64,000 bases of DNA from a virus. Its lineage: Duplodnaviria; Caudoviricetes. Both the position numbers and the translations under genes were made by a program. Positions 10,399 through 19,247 of the stretch are shown in pieces. How positions within the stretch are numbered: the first letter of the stretch is position 1; every line of letters starts with the position of its first letter. The DNA lies in the IMG/VR virus record IMGVR_UViG_3300014204_000006, positions 37,484 to 101,483 of that record; one strand, given 5' to 3'. The notes under the pieces were generated by a model that saw only the letters and a list, made by a program, of their open reading frames with translations, was not told the origin of the DNA and searched no databases.

Positions 10399-11193
10399 TT
10401 AGGAAGTCATCCTCCTTAATGCCTCCTTGAACGTTATTTTTCCCTCTAGGAACTGTTTTGGAAGACTTATAGGGTATTGGACACCTGTTTGTCTATCAAT
10501 ATGCTTCACAAAAATTGTAGTATCTACCAAAAATGGGAACTCTTTCTTCTGGTATTTAGACCATCCGGCTTTTACAAAAATATTATCGTCTTTAAGACGT
10601 TTGCACCAAGCCAGGTCTGACGTTCCGGACTGATTCATCCATCCCCCAGTTAAAGGATCAATGTAACTCTCTGAAGGATTATCAAACACCCTTCTTGTGA
10701 CCACTCCGTTCACCATATATTCCGGAGACTCTTTCCATAATTCACGGATTATAGATCCGTGGATAAGGGTAAATCCAAAGGGTATCCCGTCAACCCAAAC
10801 TTTATCGCCTAGTTTCCAGTCTGCGTAGTATCCCTGCCCCATTCCCCTGTACAAAATCGGTTCAGGGGGCACAGATTTGGTAAAATAAAGCCCGGATACT
10901 ATGGGGACATTCCCTCTAATCATGTATTCATTAAGTTTCACTAAGGCGTTAAGAGGGGGCAAATTATCATCTTCCCAACTAAGGAACCACTCCGATTCTT
11001 GTTCTACTACAATCTTTGCAGTTAAATTCTCTGCATCTGCCAATTGATAACCTAGGGGAGCATATGAGTTCATAAACTGGTGCACATCTACCAGGCTAAA
11101 ATTGCATGGGATTGTTTGACCGAATCTGGCATTTACCCATTCAAATCTTACATTTCCTAATGTTGGAGTCCCTATTATTAACCTATTTTTCAT
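10399..11193 (-). CDS. Glycosyltransferase-like protein
   Basis: IIGTPT N-terminus, WEDD, IVSGLYF, GFTLI, SDLAWC and H motifs of phage GT-A proteins. Confidence 0.7.
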   Translation of the reverse strand: MKNRLIIGTPTLGNVRFEWVNARFGQTIPCNFSLVDVHQFMNSYAPLGYQLADAENLTAKIVVEQESEWFLSWEDDNLPPLNALVKLNEYMIRGNVPIVSGLYFTKSVPPEPILYRGMGQGYYADWKLGDKVWVDGIPFGFTLIHGSIIRELWKESPEYMVNGVVTRRVFDNPSESYIDPLTGGWMNQSGTSDLAWCKRLKDDNIFVKAGWSKYQKKEFPFLVDTTIFVKHIDRQTGVQYPISLPKQFLEGKITFKEALRRMTS

Positions 11194-11443
11194 CTATTTT
11201 TTCATAAGTTTTTTTAAAAATATCTGGCTTACATGGATAAAATTCTCCGTTGACTCCTCTTATTATCCAATCATTTTTAGAACATCTCATTTTTCCCTCC
11301 AACGTATTAATGTAAAAAGATTCGCTTCCCATTTCTCCAGGATCCCATTTATGTCCTATTAAGTTAATAACCTCATCCATCGACTGTTTTGTCGATAAAA
11401 ATTGTACTGCATCAACAACTACCGGTTTTTTTCTAAATTTCAT
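11183..11443 (-). CDS. Conserved phage protein
   Basis: FRKKPVVVDAVQF...TLEG.M.....DWII.GV.GEFYPCKPDIF..TYE, a common phage family. Confidence 0.8.
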   Translation of the reverse strand: MKFRKKPVVVDAVQFLSTKQSMDEVINLIGHKWDPGEMGSESFYINTLEGKMRCSKNDWIIRGVNGEFYPCKPDIFKKTYEKIDEK

Positions 11444-11444
11444 A

Positions 11445-12080
11445 TTATTTTGATAAACATTTATAACTTTTATCAACCTTTCTTTTCTCTAAAGCCAACT
11501 CAACAAAACCATTTTTATCATAAAAACACCTTAAAATCTTCCAGGGCTTAGGCCTATATATGGTGTAAAGATTGTAATAGTTTCCTGCGCTATCTTTTAC
11601 CAATGGATCAAAATACGCCATTGTGACATGAGATATAGGATTAACGTGGGTTGGATCTTGCCAAAAGCCTGTTGAACCAGCATACGGAAATGATGCTATA
11701 ACCTGGCCACCTGGCTTTGTAATGCGCCATAATTCGTCCATAAAACGTACAAAACCGCCTAGGAATTCGTGTTCTCCAACATAGTTAGAGATATCCTTTG
11801 CGGTTACAATTTTTTTATCTAAAAGTAGATTTATAAGCCCTGATAGTCTTGGATCTGATGATGCTGGATTAATGTGCTCAAGTAAGTGCGATGCTACAAC
11901 AACGTCTGCTACTTCTGATGGGATATTCTTCCATGGATATAAAGATAGATTTTGGACCACATCAACTCCATCTAATTTTCTGAAATCTACACCTATCGAC
12001 CCTGGTCTTTTATTTTCTCCTGAACCTAAATCGATTGTGATCATTCCTTTCTTTTCCCAAATAGTTGACTTCTTTCTCAT
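11445..12080 (-). CDS. Class I SAM methyltransferase
   Basis: IDLGSG, SHLLEHI, MDELWRITKPGG, QDPTH motifs. Confidence 0.85.
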   Translation of the reverse strand: MRKKSTIWEKKGMITIDLGSGENKRPGSIGVDFRKLDGVDVVQNLSLYPWKNIPSEVADVVVASHLLEHINPASSDPRLSGLINLLLDKKIVTAKDISNYVGEHEFLGGFVRFMDELWRITKPGGQVIASFPYAGSTGFWQDPTHVNPISHVTMAYFDPLVKDSAGNYYNLYTIYRPKPWKILRCFYDKNGFVELALEKRKVDKSYKCLSK

Positions 12081-12109
12081 ATCTAATTTTTTATTTATTA
12101 TCTAATTTC

Positions 12110-12138
12110 ATTATGTTCTTAGAGTTGCTATTTGTCAA
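12110..12138 (-). promoter_or_regulatory. Sigma70-type promoter for the glycosylation cluster
   Basis: TTGACA(AATAG)-17 bp-CATAAT on the minus strand. Confidence 0.65.
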
Positions 12139-12147
12139 GAGTGTATC

Positions 12148-12175
12148 AAAAAACCCCATTTTATTGGGGTTTTAC
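12148..12175 (-). terminator. Intrinsic terminator after the 12186 gene
   Basis: AAAACCCCA-ATAAAA-TGGGGTTTTTT on the minus strand. Confidence 0.65.
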
Positions 12176-12185
12176 AACAATATTT

Positions 12186-12686
12186 TTAAGAAAAGCGGAT
12201 TTGATATGATCCCTGAATCGCCTGGTTCGTTTGTAGAACAGAACTCGCAAAAGTATTTCCTGCAAAAATAGTCCCGGCCTGAGATGTAGAAGAATGATTA
12301 ATAAGTCCAATATTTGTAATGGTGTGAGGAGCAGTATAGACATTAGAATTTAATGTAAATGCAAATTGTAATGTTTTTGATGCTATAACAGTCGGAGTAA
12401 CCGCACAGCGAGTACCTGCTACATCTGTTATTTCACCATCCAAGGATGTGGCAGTGGCCCCGGGGGCCGTGCCCTCTCCTAGCATGGCATGAGTAACCTG
12501 TTTTGATCCAGCAATGCCTCCTAACGTCATACATAAATATTGAGAAAATCCATCATTGGTTATCTGATTTTCATTCCAACCGGAATCGCCTACAACTTTA
12601 CCATTTTCACATATTTGTAACTTAAAGAATCCTCTGGCCTTTATGCCTTCTGACTTTCCGCTTTTTTTCTTTTTTAATTTTGCCAT
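12186..12686 (-). CDS. Putative virion structural protein
   Basis: Beta-rich, N.ITNDG...GEGT.P..T.TSL.GE pattern of phage head/tail accessory proteins; late operon. Confidence 0.55.
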   Translation of the reverse strand: MAKLKKKKSGKSEGIKARGFFKLQICENGKVVGDSGWNENQITNDGFSQYLCMTLGGIAGSKQVTHAMLGEGTAPGATATSLDGEITDVAGTRCAVTPTVIASKTLQFAFTLNSNVYTAPHTITNIGLINHSSTSQAGTIFAGNTFASSVLQTNQAIQGSYQIRFS

Positions 12687-12716
12687 ATTACCTTATTTTA
12701 AGTTATTAAATAATGC

Positions 12717-13637
12717 TTATCCTAATGAAGGAGAAACCGAAGGAGAAGGGGATGTTGATGGAGAAATAGAAGGTGAAGTAGATGATGATGGAGAAATTGA
12801 AGGAGATTTTGATGGAGAAAGTGAAGGTGATTTGGAAGGGGAAAGTGAAACTGAAGGGGAGACAGAAGGTGAAATTGAGGGTGAAAGTGAAATTGAAGGG
12901 GAGACAGAAGGTGATTTAGACGGTGATAATGAAGGTGATAATGAAGGTGATAATGAAGGTGATTTAGAAACAGAAGGAGAAATTGACGGAGACAATGAAG
13001 CTGAAGGGGAAACAGATGGTGATGGAGATGGACTAGTAGAAACTCCCACCAAATCAACTGAGGTTGTATCAGATGATTTCGGATTTACAACCAAGGATTG
13101 AGTTCCTACAACATTAACTGAGCCCATGGTCATCGATGTAGAGGATTTTTCCAAAACCCATAAAGACAAAGGTCCGTATGGTATAGAAGTATCCGAAACA
13201 GAATATATTTGAACTCTATTAATAAAAAATTTAGCAGTTCCGGCCTCCCATCTTATAGTAAATTCTACATTAATTCCATTCCAATCGCTATTCCATTCTA
13301 AATCAGATGATTCTGTCGTGACTCCTTTATTTGATGTTTGACAATTAAGAGTGTCAGTAATAGAAAATCTGATATAATCAGATCCATCTGAAGAAGAAAC
13401 GCCAAATAGGCGATTATCTCCTGCAGTGGGAGATCCTGGTATAGTAAGATTATAAGTTATTTCTCCTTTAACAAAATCTGAAAAATGGACCATTACTGAA
13501 GCTATCCCTGATCCTGTATATACGGCAATTCTGCCAAAGGCATTTATAGCGGGAGTACCTGAAATAACTCTCCATGAGTTGGTATCAAGACCTTGTCTGA
13601 ATGGATCGTACTTAAAACTCTTTAATATTTCTGACAT
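12717..13637 (-). CDS. Virion protein: ConA/lectin-like beta-sandwich plus ~105-aa C-terminal (SPSX)n mucin-like tail
   Basis: F.IRWE...AKFFIN pattern; C-terminal Ser-Pro repeats. Confidence 0.65.
   Translation of the reverse strand: MSEILKSFKYDPFRQGLDTNSWRVISGTPAINAFGRIAVYTGSGIASVMVHFSDFVKGEITYNLTIPGSPTAGDNRLFGVSSSDGSDYIRFSITDTLNCQTSNKGVTTESSDLEWNSDWNGINVEFTIRWEAGTAKFFINRVQIYSVSDTSIPYGPLSLWVLEKSSTSMTMGSVNVVGTQSLVVNPKSSDTTSVDLVGVSTSPSPSPSVSPSASLSPSISPSVSKSPSLSPSLSPSLSPSKSPSVSPSISLSPSISPSVSPSVSLSPSKSPSLSPSKSPSISPSSSTSPSISPSTSPSPSVSPSLG
12722..13035 (-). repeat. Degenerate 12-bp coding tandem repeat (Ser-Pro-Ser-X)
   Basis: Forward-strand GAAGGTGATAAT-like units. Confidence 0.9.
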
Positions 13638-13701
13638 AAGATTTTAAAATTATCCTTTATAGTATAAATATACCATAGTCCCTAAAATCCTATTTTATTT
13701 G

Positions 13702-14256
13702 CTAAGAAACAACCTCTTTTTCATTCTTTTCCGTTTCTTCGCTTTCTTCTGGAATATCAGTTTTTACTTCTTTTTTCCCAGATTTAGGTTTTCTTCCTGG
13801 TTTTCTTCCTCTAGTCTTTGGCTTATCCTTAGCCTCTTTATTGTTTTTAACTAGACTTTCTAGAGTATCTTTAACCATTGTTGGGAGCATAGTTTTAGCC
13901 ATTTCAATAGCTAATGATTTCACCATCTTCTGCATTTCAGGGCTGAGTTGTTTTTTATCTCCTGTTAATCCGACTGGGGTTCCAAACTTAATTTCTGTTA
14001 TTTCATGTTGAGGTTCGGAAGCTTTTCTTGTCGATTCATATGGATCAACAGCCAAGTTTTCAGAAGAAATAAAGTCACTATTGAACCCTGGATGTTTTAT
14101 CATCATAGATACCAGGTCCTCTTGTTCGACTTCTGCCACTCCATCCTTAAATCTAACTGATATTGTAGGAATTTGTGGTGTGCCGGTAAGAGGTTGGGCT
14201 GACATCCCTGGTCTTAAAACAATCAATAAATTTGAGCTTTTTGAGATAAATTTCAT
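13702..14256 (-). CDS. Hypothetical head-region protein
   Basis: 184-aa ORF in the late operon with a basic then acidic tail. Confidence 0.6.
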   Translation of the reverse strand: MKFISKSSNLLIVLRPGMSAQPLTGTPQIPTISVRFKDGVAEVEQEDLVSMMIKHPGFNSDFISSENLAVDPYESTRKASEPQHEITEIKFGTPVGLTGDKKQLSPEMQKMVKSLAIEMAKTMLPTMVKDTLESLVKNNKEAKDKPKTRGRKPGRKPKSGKKEVKTDIPEESEETEKNEKEVVS

Positions 14257-14292
14257 ATATTTTATTCATAGTTTGATTAATTTTTTTGTGCT

Positions 14293-14320
14293 TATAGGGC
14301 GGCTTTTACACCGCCCCATA
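14293..14320 (-). terminator. GC-rich hairpin after the 14326 gene
   Basis: TATGGGGCGG-TGTAAAAG-CCGCCCTATA. Confidence 0.5.
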
Positions 14321-14325
14321 ATGAT

Positions 14326-15027
14326 CTATTTTACAATTCCAGTAACTCGTACATAATTTCCAGCAGCATCACTCAAAGCAGCGGCATCTTTAACTAGGGC
14401 AACGATTTCCTCGTCAACTCCACCAGTTATTCCGACCTCTCCTCCTGCGAAATTAATTGTTGTTGCTGTAGTATCTACAGAAAGTTCTCCAAATACTTGT
14501 GTCTCGACTGTTCCTTTACGGATCCAGATTTGGACACTATCAGCAGCAGCTGTTCCCATGTTCACAGAATATTTCAATTCTCTAAGCTCAACAGAATGCC
14601 CTTTAGGAGCATCAAAGTCTCGAGCAGGTGTCAAACAAACAGCAATCTGAAGTGAAGCATCTGTATCTTGTTTAACATCCCAGATTACTAGTCCATTAGT
14701 ATCAGCTGACGCTGTTACAGCACCATCTACCAAGGTAGAAGCACTTGCTTTTGAACGGAGTGCATCAATGATTTTAGCCTCCCATCTTCCTGTTGCATTA
14801 ATAGCATCTACAACTGCACCATAAGTAGTGTATGTTGCGAATGCGATAGTATCTGTAGTTACGCTTCCTACCAATACAATGTTTGTAGCGGTAGTAACCG
14901 TTACTGAGGTAGCTGTTTCTGTTCCTATTTTTCTCAATCGGATAGCTACTGAGCCATTAGTGCCTGCTTGAATAACAGTTCCTTTAGCCAGTAGTTCTCG
15001 GATTTCCAATGAATCTTTTGAAGCCAT
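14326..15027 (-). CDS. Putative capsid decoration/structural protein
   Basis: Ala/Thr/Val-rich, immediately downstream of the major capsid gene. Confidence 0.55.
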   Translation of the reverse strand: MASKDSLEIRELLAKGTVIQAGTNGSVAIRLRKIGTETATSVTVTTATNIVLVGSVTTDTIAFATYTTYGAVVDAINATGRWEAKIIDALRSKASASTLVDGAVTASADTNGLVIWDVKQDTDASLQIAVCLTPARDFDAPKGHSVELRELKYSVNMGTAAADSVQIWIRKGTVETQVFGELSVDTTATTINFAGGEVGITGGVDEEIVALVKDAAALSDAAGNYVRVTGIVK

Positions 15028-15165
15028 ATTTTTGTAATTAATTTAATTAGTTTGTTAATTATATTGAGTCAATTACCCGTGACTATATCGGGCCCCAGAG
15101 GGGCCGGAGATGATTTATTGTCCCATCTCCGGGAAGGACTATGCATCCAAACTAGAATGCAGCGA

Positions 15166-16410
15166 TTATGCAGTTACACCTTTCAACATTGCGTGCCTTG
15201 GAGCTTGTTTTCTCTCCAAACCAGCTTCTGTGATGTATTGATCAATCTCACCATCTACATCTGGAGCTTGAATATTTGTTTCAAGTTTAGTATCTCTACC
15301 GTCCATATATCTGTATCTGAAACATTCCATATCTAGCAAGTAAGCTGTTCCGGCTAGGTCTTCAACAAACAACGGGTTGTGAACAATATTGATTGTTCCA
15401 AAAGCTGTAGTCCACTCTGAGATTCTTACGCCATAAGTAGTATCTCCAGTTTTTGTGATAACTTGACCTCTAGCAATTTCGTTGATAGCTTGCAAAACTA
15501 TTCCACCTGCAAACATCACTTTTGTGTTGTTTCCATATGTGAAAGCCTCTCTCAAGAAGTTGTTCAAATCAGGAGCAGTAAGAGGACCACCCTGGTTTTG
15601 AACGAATGAACTTCCAGCTGAAAGGAATTCATCAATACCTCCAGTAGCACGTCTAGCATATGTAGAAGTATCTGAATTCTTCTGTCCAAACCAGAAAGCA
15701 CGTTCGATATCAAGAGCATGTTCGGTACCTTTCTTAGCCCTTTGATAAGGAAGATCTTTTCCTCCATATAGAGCGGCAGCCTTTTCAGTGTTGGAAACAG
15801 CAATTGTAGTCTTGAAAATCTGAGTATAATTGCTTTGACTTGTAGATCGGGTAATATTTTGAGCACGAGCTCCAGTATTTTCAGCGTTAACATTACCTAC
15901 AATAAACAATCCATCTCCAGCAGCGATAGCAGCAGCAGCAACATCTCCATAAGAGTTTGTTACAGCAATAGTATCACCATCAGTGATAGCTGTTACCAGC
16001 ATGTTTTCTCCAGTTCTTGCATTTCGGACAATATCTCCAATTGTGAAGATATAAGCAGAATTAGAACCGGCTCCTGTTACATTAATAGATCCAGCAGAAG
16101 CATTCGCAGCAGCAGCAGCGCGAGCATATCGGCCTCCGTATACATCTTCAAACCATTTGAACTCTGGATTAGTTGTAACAGCCTTCATAATACTTGATCC
16201 GGTCCAAGCTTTTCCATCCCACACTTTTCCTACATTAGTAAGCAAAGATACTAGGGGATGCTTGTTTGGTTCAAGCAAGAAAATTTTATCAACTGCATCT
16301 ACAATCAATCGTCCTTCAGCTGAAGATACCGAGGTATCTCGAGCTCCTTGTATTCCACCAGTTCCAACTCCATCATGAGTAGGCTCTGTGTAATAAGGGT
16401 AATTAGCCAT
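15166..16410 (-). CDS. Major capsid protein (SU10/DUF5309-like HK97 fold)
   Basis: F.WFED, NYTQIFKT.I.VSNT, EH..DIE.AF.FG, TAFGTINI..NP motifs; follows the scaffold gene. Confidence 0.85.
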   Translation of the reverse strand: MANYPYYTEPTHDGVGTGGIQGARDTSVSSAEGRLIVDAVDKIFLLEPNKHPLVSLLTNVGKVWDGKAWTGSSIMKAVTTNPEFKWFEDVYGGRYARAAAAANASAGSINVTGAGSNSAYIFTIGDIVRNARTGENMLVTAITDGDTIAVTNSYGDVAAAAIAAGDGLFIVGNVNAENTGARAQNITRSTSQSNYTQIFKTTIAVSNTEKAAALYGGKDLPYQRAKKGTEHALDIERAFWFGQKNSDTSTYARRATGGIDEFLSAGSSFVQNQGGPLTAPDLNNFLREAFTYGNNTKVMFAGGIVLQAINEIARGQVITKTGDTTYGVRISEWTTAFGTINIVHNPLFVEDLAGTAYLLDMECFRYRYMDGRDTKLETNIQAPDVDGEIDQYITEAGLERKQAPRHAMLKGVTA

Positions 16411-16439
16411 ATTTTTATGTCTTTATTGTTAATTAAGTA

Positions 16440-17234
16440 TTAACCACCGAAGAACGTATTAGGATTTGGTCTTCCGGCGATCAATTTGTCCACCATTGGG
16501 GTTCCGTCTGAAGAGAATTGAGCAGTATTTCCTCCGCCTGGTGCGTTGGACAATATTTCCTTAGCTCTTTCTGCTTCTGCAATCTCGGCGGCTTTCTTTG
16601 CTTTTTCCTCTGACATTTTACCTTTCACAGCGTAGTAAGCGACTTCTATATCGGTTACTTCATGTGTATCAAGCCATTTGTCAATGTCATCAGCATACTC
16701 CTGAAAGTCCTTTGTGTTTTCTATGAACTTTTGCGAATAATCTTGGAATTTTTCCAAATCTGCTTTTTCTTCAAACTCCTTTCGAAATTTGGATACTTCA
16801 GCTTCTACAAGTTTTGCTACTGAATCTGGTGTGGCAAGATTATAAGCCTTGTCTCCCAGTTTCTCTTTGACACTCTCATTAGCTTGTTGAACTATTGCAG
16901 CGTCTCTAACATCTACTCTTCCTTCCATTACCGCCTGAGCAATATCCTTGTCAACCTTTCCATCGATGATAGCTTGTACCAGTTCTGGAGATTGATCGAG
17001 TTTATCAAGCAAGGGCGCAATGTTCTGAAAGAACTGACGATATTCTCCTAACTCTTGGCCTTGGGTTCCAAAGCGGGAAACCAAGTCGTCATATGCTTTT
17101 GAGTTATCACCATTTTCTCCTCCTGTCTTGTTCGTCTCCCCTCCCGGATCACCTTGGTTAGGTGTTGTAGGAGGAACGGCTGGGCTACCCGCCGGAGCGG
17201 ACCCTAAATTAGGATCAACGTTATTAATATTCAT
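16440..17234 (-). CDS. Capsid scaffolding protein
   Basis: Helical acidic protein directly upstream of the MCP; QGQELGEYR motif. Confidence 0.65.
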   Translation of the reverse strand: MNINNVDPNLGSAPAGSPAVPPTTPNQGDPGGETNKTGGENGDNSKAYDDLVSRFGTQGQELGEYRQFFQNIAPLLDKLDQSPELVQAIIDGKVDKDIAQAVMEGRVDVRDAAIVQQANESVKEKLGDKAYNLATPDSVAKLVEAEVSKFRKEFEEKADLEKFQDYSQKFIENTKDFQEYADDIDKWLDTHEVTDIEVAYYAVKGKMSEEKAKKAAEIAEAERAKEILSNAPGGGNTAQFSSDGTPMVDKLIAGRPNPNTFFGG

Positions 17235-17276
17235 ATATTTATTTAGTTTATTAACTTTTTACATTATACACTAGTA

Positions 17277-17429
17277 CTATTTTTTTGTTCCACATCCGCC
17301 TTTCCCCATCTTCTCTTTTCTCCTGGCAGAAAGTTTTTCTACAATTCCTAAGAGAGCTTTTCCCTTTTTGGAACCGAAGCCTTTTCTTCCATTCAGAGCA
17401 GACATTACCCCAGTTGTTTTTGAACTCAT
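17277..17429 (-). CDS. Small basic protein (50 aa)
   Basis: Manual translation MSSKTTGVMSALNGRKGFGSKKGK...; fills the gap in the operon. Confidence 0.4.
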   Translation of the reverse strand: MSSKTTGVMSALNGRKGFGSKKGKALLGIVEKLSARRKEKMGKGGCGTKK

Positions 17430-17447
17430 ATTTTTTAAAAAAATTAA

Positions 17448-17813
17448 TTATTTATTTGACGATCTAGACCTCGATACATATTTATATTTAAATTTATTAT
17501 TTTTAGTCACTTTGTCCTGGACTGACGAATTTTTATTCGTCATGCTTTGAGCTCCTTTAAGTGCCAATAGCGTTATTCCAACTCTCCCAGCACTTTTTAA
17601 GGCATCTAATCCAGAAGTCTTGTCTGGAATATTTTTCTGCAGAGTTTTGCCATACAGGGAATTAGGGACAGACAGTTTGGCCAATTTAGATCCTGCATAA
17701 TCTGCCAGGTCGGACCCCCCTGATGCATCCGTTATAAATTTAGCCCCTTTCTGAAGAGTTTTGTTAAAAACAACCTTTTTAACCATGTCTTTCAGCATAT
17801 TCCACTTTCCCAT
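17448..17813 (-). CDS. Hypothetical basic protein
   Basis: ORF with its own late-promoter motif. Confidence 0.55.
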   Translation of the reverse strand: MGKWNMLKDMVKKVVFNKTLQKGAKFITDASGGSDLADYAGSKLAKLSVPNSLYGKTLQKNIPDKTSGLDALKSAGRVGITLLALKGAQSMTNKNSSVQDKVTKNNKFKYKYVSRSRSSNK

Positions 17814-17853
17814 AAATTTATTTTAAAGTTATTATGCAATTATATCAAAGTAC

Positions 17854-18255
17854 TTAAAAAGCACTTTTGATTGACTTTCTAAGTTTCTTCAATTTTATAC
17901 TTTTTAATTTTGGACTTTTAAACCTAGTTATTTTTATTTTAAAAGAACTAGCTTTTTTATCCTTTAATAAAGACTTTAAAAGGGATGAAGATGATGGTAC
18001 GCTTATCCCTTTAGCTTTTTTTGATTTTCCTTTTCCTGAAAAAGAACTTTTTATGGAAAAGCCTGCTTTCTTAACACCATAACCTATAGATGACAATCCT
18101 CCTGGTCCCCCTTTTCCGTTTTTTACAGCCATTTTTAAGAGTTTCTTTTTTGAAGAATAAACACTATTTTTCATTCTTCCGTCACTTATAGAATCTGCAG
18201 TTGTAATCGGTGTTGACTGTTGCATATTTTTATTGAATCTTTCCTTCCGGATCAT
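17854..18255 (-). CDS. Lys/Ser-rich basic protein
   Basis: Composition; operon position. Confidence 0.5.
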   Translation of the reverse strand: MIRKERFNKNMQQSTPITTADSISDGRMKNSVYSSKKKLLKMAVKNGKGGPGGLSSIGYGVKKAGFSIKSSFSGKGKSKKAKGISVPSSSSLLKSLLKDKKASSFKIKITRFKSPKLKSIKLKKLRKSIKSAF

Positions 18256-18607
18256 AATTAGTATTTTCTTCTATATCTTCCTCTTCTTTCTTAGATGAAT
18301 TTAATTCTATTACATAATTTTCAATGTCAGATAAACCGGCTAATGCTCCCTGAGACCAAGAAATTGTATGAGGGTCGTTACTCGGATTGCATGTTCTCAA
18401 TTGAGAATCTAATAGCATCGTTCTTATACTGACATATTTGAGCATAGCTATCCACTCACGTTTTGATATTAATTCCTTCATAAGTGTTTCCATTTCCTTA
18501 GAAGTCATTTCTACCATTTGGCTGTTTATTTCTTTAGTAAAATAAGCCCTTACATTAGATATAGGTTGTTCTTTTACTGTCTCCTGTTTTTTTTCTCCTT
18601 TTTTCAT
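18230..18607 (-). CDS. Hypothetical portal-associated protein
   Basis: Short helical ORF after the portal region. Confidence 0.55.
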   Translation of the reverse strand: MKKGEKKQETVKEQPISNVRAYFTKEINSQMVEMTSKEMETLMKELISKREWIAMLKYVSIRTMLLDSQLRTCNPSNDPHTISWSQGALAGLSDIENYVIELNSSKKEEEDIEENTNYDPEGKIQ

Positions 18608-18624
18608 AATTTTAATTTAATTTT

Positions 18625-19233
18625 TTAATATCCCCAAATTCCTAAATTGCTTACTGGAGGTGGTTGATTGTATCCAGTCTTCGAGTATCCAGGGCCACCA
18701 GCTCCTCCAGTAGGGGGAGTAGTTGTTATAGCGGGAGGTGCGGTCGGGAGAGTTTCAGACGGCATAGTAGCCTGGGTCCCATCACCCTTTGTGGCCTTAA
18801 TTTTATCTAGAATCGCCTGAATATCTGAGCTTCCTCCACCTGATGGTGCTCCAGCAGGAGGCAAAGTGCTTTCAGTGACTCCATTTAAGCTATCCCATTC
18901 CTTGGAGTAATTTTTATAAGCTCCGATAACTGCTTTTACCCCGTTAACCAGTTCGTTTACACTTCTTCCTGGTTTATTAAGGAGATTCCCCATCATTTTT
19001 TGCAATAATTCTCTTTTAAGCCCATCTGTCTTTCCTCCAGATGGAGCAGAATCTTCTGATGTTTCTCCAGAATCAGGAATTACTTGATCAGTCGGAGCTT
19101 GTTCTGGCATAGCTCCAGACATATTTGGAGAGATGCTTGATGTTTGATCCCCAGACATATCTGGTGGAACCATCGATGAGGTTGGATCTTCAGGGCTTAT
19201 TGGTATTCCTGGTCCTTGTGCTAAATTATCCAT
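18625..19233 (-). CDS. Pro/Ser/Thr/Gly-rich hypothetical protein
   Basis: ORF directly after the portal. Confidence 0.55.
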   Translation of the reverse strand: MDNLAQGPGIPISPEDPTSSMVPPDMSGDQTSSISPNMSGAMPEQAPTDQVIPDSGETSEDSAPSGGKTDGLKRELLQKMMGNLLNKPGRSVNELVNGVKAVIGAYKNYSKEWDSLNGVTESTLPPAGAPSGGGSSDIQAILDKIKATKGDGTQATMPSETLPTAPPAITTTPPTGGAGGPGYSKTGYNQPPPVSNLGIWGY

Positions 19234-19247
19234 ATTTTTTAAAATTA

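Noticed and set aside
12643-13101. Plus-strand acidic (EG/DG)n ORF and the His/Leu-rich alternative frame 12722-13057
   Set aside because: Shadows of the Ser-Pro repeat in 12717-13637.
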